The position numbers and the translations under genes are program-made. Below the pieces are notes generated by a model. That model ran no database searches. It saw nothing but the letters and a program-made list of their open reading frames with translations, and had not been told where the DNA came from. This document shows positions 58,813 through 64,000 of a stretch of 64,000 bases of DNA, piece after piece. Origin of the DNA: an uncultured archaeon (GTDB lineage: Archaea > Asgardarchaeota > Lokiarchaeia > Sigyniarchaeales > SOKP01); assembly GCA_964525635.1 (NCBI GenBank), contig CAZGJX010000002.1, forward strand, positions 1-64,000, in the 5' to 3' direction. Each line of letters opens with the position of its first letter. Position 1 is the stretch's first letter.

Positions 58813-61707
58813 TTACCCTTTTCTATGGAATGTACTTAAACTATTTTGAAATTTCTCGCTTTTATGCATTTTTCGCCGAGCAAGGAACTTTCTTATTTCT
58901 TCAGCAGGTAGTATCCATATTGAAGAACCGAAAAATACAGGTGTCCAGTAAAACCATCTATCAAGAGGAAGGGCATGAAAAGCCGTATTTAAACCAGGTA
59001 TGAATAATACCATCAAATGTAGTGAAAATGAAAGCCCAGTTGCCCAAAATAAATGTTTATTTCGAAACTCCCAGAATGGTCGATAACTCGATGTGCAAGC
59101 AAAGACAAAGAATAATTCAAAAAATACTACACTAGTAAAAACAATTGTTTGAACTATACCAATTTGAAAATCCTCAGCACTTATACCCATACTTGGTATA
59201 CCATAGACCATACGCGAATCATAGAAAGTTGAAGTTGGATCTGTCCACATTGGAACTAAGACGGACCAAGAGACCGTATATAACATAACATCAAGGATAG
59301 CTGCAATAGCGGCTGCATATATAATCATTTTCTTTATATCATGAATCATATTGAAGCCTTTCCGCGGTTTGAACTTCATAACATCTGGATCAGTGGGAGT
59401 TAGGCCTAAAACCATCGCGGGAATGCCGTCGGTAGCTATATTCAACCAAAGGATTTGAATAGGTTGAAGTGGTTGGGCTAGGAATATATTAGTAGCAACC
59501 TTCATTAAAATAAATGCTACTAATACCATTACAATCTCATCGAAATTAGCACTGAGCATATATCTAAAAAAACATTTTGTTGTTTCGAAGATTCCTCTCC
59601 CTTCTTCAATAGCGTTAACAATAGTAGAATAATCATCGTCTAATAGAATCATATCAGAAGCTTCTTGTGTTACTTCTGTCCCCTTAATCCCCATAGCGAC
59701 ACCTACATTTGCACCCTTTACTGCAGGAGCATCATTTACACCATCCCCTGTCATAGATACAATATATTCAAGAGATTTCAATGCCTTGAGGATTCTAAGT
59801 TTATGTTCTGATGTGACTCTAGCAAAAACATCAACCTCTTCTACTCTTTTTATAAGCTCGTCTTCAGGCATTTCTTCCATTTCAGCACCAGTAACAGCAT
59901 CTTCTCTGTCTGTTAAGCCAATTTCTTTTGCTATAGCGATAGCAGTAATCATATGATCTCCAGTAATCATTATTGTTCGAATACCTGCCATTCTTGCTTC
60001 TTCAATAGAATCTTTTACTTCATCCCGGGCAGGATCAATTATCCCTGCTAATCCAAGGTATATATAATCTTTTTCAATATCTTCCTTCTGATAATTTTCA
60101 TTTAAAGGTTTATATGCTAATCCTAAAACTCTCAATGCATTAGAAGCATATTCATTATTTTTTGATAAATAAGTATCTTCAACCTCTGAAAATGGTTTAA
60201 TTTCACCATTATATAACCCTTTCCCTGCATTATGCATTAAAACATCTGGAGCTCCTTTAATTAAAGAATAAAATTCTCCATTCATTCTAATAACAACAGC
60301 CATCATTTTACGATCTGAACTAAAGGGAATTTCATCAATTTTTTCTGCTTTTACGTTAAGATGCATTTTTTTTGCTAAGACTTTTAAAGATATTTCTGTT
60401 GGATCACCGATTACATCCGTTTCTATAGGATTGTTATCTTTAGGACTAACAATTGAATTATTACATAATAAACATATTTCTAGATATTTTCTTAAATAAA
60501 CATCATCATCTAGTTTAACAGGATTACCTGAACTATTGATTATTTTTCCATTCAATGTATATCCCACTCCTTCAACATCAAATTCTTTTCCCCCAAGATA
60601 TACCTTCTTAACTGTCATTTCATTTTTTGTTAAAGTTCCCGTTTTATCAGAGCAAATAATATTAACCCTTCCCAACGTCTCTACAGCTGTTAGCGTTTTC
60701 ACTAAAGCATGTCTTTCTGCCATTTTACGCATACCAATACTCATAACTACAGTTATTACAACCACAAGACCTTCTGGTACAGCAGATACTGCAAGACTTA
60801 TTGCTATAGCTAAAGCTTCAACAATATTATTAATCTCTTCATCTCCAAATTTTATACCTTCAGTGGCTATAATTATAATTAATTCAAAAAGGAAGACAAA
60901 TAAACAAATAATCATTATGATTATACCAAGTTGTTTTCCAAAACGATCTACTTCTTGTTGGAAAGGACTTTTTTCTGGTTCTTCTTCTTGAATTTTTTCA
61001 GCAATTTTTCCTACTTCTGTTTTCATTCCAGTTCTTACAACTATAGCTTCACCATTTCCACGAGTGATAATTGTATTACTATATACCATATTTTTCCTAT
61101 CAGCCAACATTGTCTTCTCTTTATATAAATTTAAATCTTTCTCAACTGGTTGAGATTCTCCAGTAAGAATGGCTTCATCAATATATAAAGAATATGCTTT
61201 ATTTAAACGAGCATCAGCAGGTATTTTATCTCCCTCATCAAGTTTTATTATATCTCCTGGAACTACTTCTCTGACATCAATTTCTCTTACTTTTCCCCCA
61301 CGCTTAACCTTTGCATTGTGCGGTGCCATTTTCTTTAGACTTTCTACCGCTTTTTCTGCTTTAAATTCTTGATAAAATCCTAAAATAGCATTTAATATTA
61401 GAATAATCAATATTACTAAAGCATCCATGAATTCAGTAGGATCTCTTCCTCTAGATAATTCATAAATACCTACTACAACTGAAACACCAATTGCAAAAAA
61501 TAGAAGATATACAAGAAAATCCTTGAATTGTCCAATAAAAATTTGTAATGCAGAAACCTTCCTTGTTTGGATTAATTCATTAAAACCATATTTTTCAATG
61601 CGTACTCCTACTTCTTCTTCTGAAAGTCCTGTATCAAGGCTTGTATCTATTTCTTTCGCTACATCATTTACTTCTAATACGTGAGCACTTAATTCTTTAG
61701 ATTCCAT
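58813..61707 (-). CDS. P-type ATPase, type IIA (SERCA-like Ca2+ pump)
   Basis: TGES, VPEGL, CSDKTGT, KGAP, TGDGVNDAP, SANFDE, WLNIATDG. Confidence 0.95.
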   Translation of the reverse strand: MESKELSAHVLEVNDVAKEIDTSLDTGLSEEEVGVRIEKYGFNELIQTRKVSALQIFIGQFKDFLVYLLFFAIGVSVVVGIYELSRGRDPTEFMDALVILIILILNAILGFYQEFKAEKAVESLKKMAPHNAKVKRGGKVREIDVREVVPGDIIKLDEGDKIPADARLNKAYSLYIDEAILTGESQPVEKDLNLYKEKTMLADRKNMVYSNTIITRGNGEAIVVRTGMKTEVGKIAEKIQEEEPEKSPFQQEVDRFGKQLGIIIMIICLFVFLFELIIIIATEGIKFGDEEINNIVEALAIAISLAVSAVPEGLVVVITVVMSIGMRKMAERHALVKTLTAVETLGRVNIICSDKTGTLTKNEMTVKKVYLGGKEFDVEGVGYTLNGKIINSSGNPVKLDDDVYLRKYLEICLLCNNSIVSPKDNNPIETDVIGDPTEISLKVLAKKMHLNVKAEKIDEIPFSSDRKMMAVVIRMNGEFYSLIKGAPDVLMHNAGKGLYNGEIKPFSEVEDTYLSKNNEYASNALRVLGLAYKPLNENYQKEDIEKDYIYLGLAGIIDPARDEVKDSIEEARMAGIRTIMITGDHMITAIAIAKEIGLTDREDAVTGAEMEEMPEDELIKRVEEVDVFARVTSEHKLRILKALKSLEYIVSMTGDGVNDAPAVKGANVGVAMGIKGTEVTQEASDMILLDDDYSTIVNAIEEGRGIFETTKCFFRYMLSANFDEIVMVLVAFILMKVATNIFLAQPLQPIQILWLNIATDGIPAMVLGLTPTDPDVMKFKPRKGFNMIHDIKKMIIYAAAIAAILDVMLYTVSWSVLVPMWTDPTSTFYDSRMVYGIPSMGISAEDFQIGIVQTIVFTSVVFFELFFVFACTSSYRPFWEFRNKHLFWATGLSFSLHLMVLFIPGLNTAFHALPLDRWFYWTPVFFGSSIWILPAEEIRKFLARRKMHKSEKFQNSLSTFHRKG

Positions 61708-61869
61708 TTTTAATTCATTATTTAGATTTTATAATAAATTCTTTTTATTTTTTTAAATAAAAAATTTAAAATTAATTAGATAAATACAATAAATTTTATT
61801 TAAATATCTATTATAAGTTAAAAAAATGTTCTAATAAAGAATAGGTTCTAAAAATAATAATTTAAGACA

Positions 61870-63789
61870 TTAAAATTGTTTATTTTTTATATAGGGTAAT
61901 TTTCCACCAGCTTTTAAAATATTAATTTGTCTTTGACTTAAATTATGAGCTAAAGGAATGAAAATATTTTTACTCGTATTTTTAAGGTTAAGATTTTTAA
62001 AAGTAAAATCATCTAATTCAATTTCGACGTAATCCTCTTGGTCGATTTGGTTATAGTCTTTTGGATCTTTAAAAATAAGAGGAACAATCCCAAAGTTTAC
62101 TAGGTTATCTAAGTGAATTCGAGCAAAAGATTTGCTGATTATCGCTTTAACTCCCAAATATTTTGGGGCTATTGCAGCATGTTCTCTACTTGAACCTTCT
62201 CCATAATTATCTCCTCCTATAATAAATCCTCCTCCCTTTTCTAATGCTCTTTCTGAGAAATTAGAATCAATTAAATGGAATACATATTTACTTATTGCTG
62301 GAATATTACTTCTTAAAGGAAGGATCTCTGCTCCTGCAGGTATAATATGATCAGTTGTGATATTATCACCTACTTTAAGTAGAATATGACCATTTAATAT
62401 ATTATTAAGTGGTAAAAATGAGGGTAAAGGTTTAATATTTGGACCTCGTATGATCTCTATATCATTATTGGCCTCTGACGGAGGAATTATCATATTATCA
62501 TTAATAATAAACTTTTCTGGCATTTTGATTTCAAAATTTTCTTCAAATTTTCGTGGATCAGTTAATTTACCATAAATAGCAGATACTGCTGCTGTTTCTG
62601 GGCTAACAAGGTATACTTCTGCATTTTTAGTACCAGATCGTCCTAAAAAATTCCTATTAAAAGTACGAAGAGAGATAGCATTTGTAGATGGTGCTTGTCC
62701 CATTCCAATACATGGTCCACATGCATTTTCAAGAATTCTTGCACCTGCTTTTATTAAAAACGACATTTCTTTTGTTTCTATTAAATGATCAATAACTTGC
62801 CTTGATCCTGGAGAAATTGTTAAACTCACATTATTATCTATTTTTTTTCCTCTTAAAATATTAGCTACTATCTTAAGGTCTCTCAGGCTTGAGTTTGTAC
62901 AACTTCCTATACATATTTGATCAATAGAAAGACCTTTAATTTCCTTTACTTTTTTAATATTACCCGGACTATGAGGAATTGCAGCTAGAGGTTCTAGATT
63001 ATTTAGATTTATCTCTATTTTTTCGTCATATATAGCATCTGAATCGGGTTCTAATTTTTTCCAATCATCCCCTCTTCTTTGAGCAATTAAAAATTGTTTT
63101 GTAATATTATCTGAAGGAAAGATTGAACTGGTTGCTCCTGTCTCTGTTCCCATATTTGTAATCGTCCCTCTCTCGGGAACTGACAAACTCTTAATGCCTG
63201 GACCTGTATATTCCAATATTTTATTATTAGCCCCCTTAACTCCAATTTGCCTTAAAACATCTAGTATGATGTCCTTTGCGGAAACAAATTTTGGAAGTGC
63301 TCCAATAAGATGTATATTCACAATCTCGGGCATTTTTAAAAAAAAAGGTTCCCCCGCCATTGCACTAGCAACATCTAATCCCCCTGCTCCAATTGCTAAC
63401 ATTCCCATACCCCCTCCAGTTGGTGTATGACTATCACTACCCAGCAGTGTTTTCATAGGCGCTGCAAAACGTTCTAAATGTAACTGATGGCTTATTCCAT
63501 TTCCCGGACGGGAAAAATATAAACCATATTTTGCTGCAATACTTTGGAGATAGCAATGATCATCCATATTTCTAAAATCTGTTTGAAGAGTATTATGATC
63601 AACATAACTTATAGATAACTCCGTTTTGACTGAGGGTACTTCCATAGCTTCAAACTCTAAATATGCCAAAGTACCTGTAGCATCTTGAGTAAGTGTTTGG
63701 TCTATTTTAATTCCAATGTTTGATCCTTTTATTAAATCTCCTTCTATAAGATGATCCTTCAATACTTTTTCTGATATAGTATAAACCAT
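61870..63789 (-). CDS. acnA: Aconitate hydratase (short single-chain form)
   Basis: QDATG, VDHN, GSDSHT, GSCTN, CGPCIG, FNRNF, TTDHI, GSSREHAA. Confidence 0.9.
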   Translation of the reverse strand: MVYTISEKVLKDHLIEGDLIKGSNIGIKIDQTLTQDATGTLAYLEFEAMEVPSVKTELSISYVDHNTLQTDFRNMDDHCYLQSIAAKYGLYFSRPGNGISHQLHLERFAAPMKTLLGSDSHTPTGGGMGMLAIGAGGLDVASAMAGEPFFLKMPEIVNIHLIGALPKFVSAKDIILDVLRQIGVKGANNKILEYTGPGIKSLSVPERGTITNMGTETGATSSIFPSDNITKQFLIAQRRGDDWKKLEPDSDAIYDEKIEINLNNLEPLAAIPHSPGNIKKVKEIKGLSIDQICIGSCTNSSLRDLKIVANILRGKKIDNNVSLTISPGSRQVIDHLIETKEMSFLIKAGARILENACGPCIGMGQAPSTNAISLRTFNRNFLGRSGTKNAEVYLVSPETAAVSAIYGKLTDPRKFEENFEIKMPEKFIINDNMIIPPSEANNDIEIIRGPNIKPLPSFLPLNNILNGHILLKVGDNITTDHIIPAGAEILPLRSNIPAISKYVFHLIDSNFSERALEKGGGFIIGGDNYGEGSSREHAAIAPKYLGVKAIISKSFARIHLDNLVNFGIVPLIFKDPKDYNQIDQEDYVEIELDDFTFKNLNLKNTSKNIFIPLAHNLSQRQINILKAGGKLPYIKNKQF

Positions 63790-63943
63790 AGTTTGATGAA
63801 TTCCTTTAATTATTTAAATAATAAGTTTTCCTAATTAGAAAAAGTATCAAAAATATAAAAAATTATAAGTAAAAATAGTCTTTTATTTGTTAATTGTAAT
63901 TTATCTAATCTTTTTTAAAAAAAAACAAATAGTATTGAAGAAT

Positions 63944-64000
63944 ATGAGACCAGCACGAGTGTTTAGATGGATAGTAAGAATTTTTATACTTATCCTTACC
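63944..64000 (+). CDS. Start of a probable secreted or membrane protein, truncated by the window edge
   Basis: ATG at 63944 gives MRPARVFRWIVRIFILILT, open to the edge. Confidence 0.4.
   Translation, partial: MRPARVFRWIVRIFILILT

Noticed and set aside
31-63430. Short antisense or overlapping ORFs in the track (e.g. 1446-1790, 19149-19628, 55491-55931, 57568-58107, 60536-60991)
   Set aside because: They are shadows of well-supported genes on the opposite strand and have no motifs.
1-64000. CRISPR arrays, tRNA/rRNA genes, IS elements
   Set aside because: No spaced repeats, GC-rich structured RNA segments or transposase/integrase ORFs were seen; the repeats present are LRR-coding or homopolymers.

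Overview
Very AT-rich archaeal chromosomal segment, most likely from an Asgard archaeon (Lokiarchaeia/Promethearchaeota). The assignment is inferred from archaeal-type PheRS, TyrRS, CoaD and RadA together with a roadblock protein, a roadblock-GTPase fusion, longin-like domains and LRR proteins. Bases 1-18,000 form a sulfation/surface-glycan locus: sat, cysC, an RHH regulator, three sulfotransferases, three AlkP-superfamily enzymes, four glycosyltransferases, an FkbM methyltransferase and an ABC-2 exporter. The rest contains housekeeping genes (rph, pheA, pheT, pheS, coaD, ppdK, tyrS, aspartate kinase, pgi-like, radA, aconitase), eukaryote-signature signalling genes, a Ca2+ pump/antiporter pair and four decayed genes. 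The best leads are (1) the sulfation locus and its RHH protein with a sulfatase-like 'RLRDLGY' tail, (2) an unannotated Phe-rich 16-aa leader ORF with hairpins upstream of pheS-pheT-pheA, and (3) a 1575-aa surface protein with a cytoplasmic longin-like domain. A probable ATT start codon and a plant/protist-type TyrRS are also worth checking. No tRNA, rRNA, CRISPR array or transposase was seen. All family calls come from motif recognition by eye, not from database searches.
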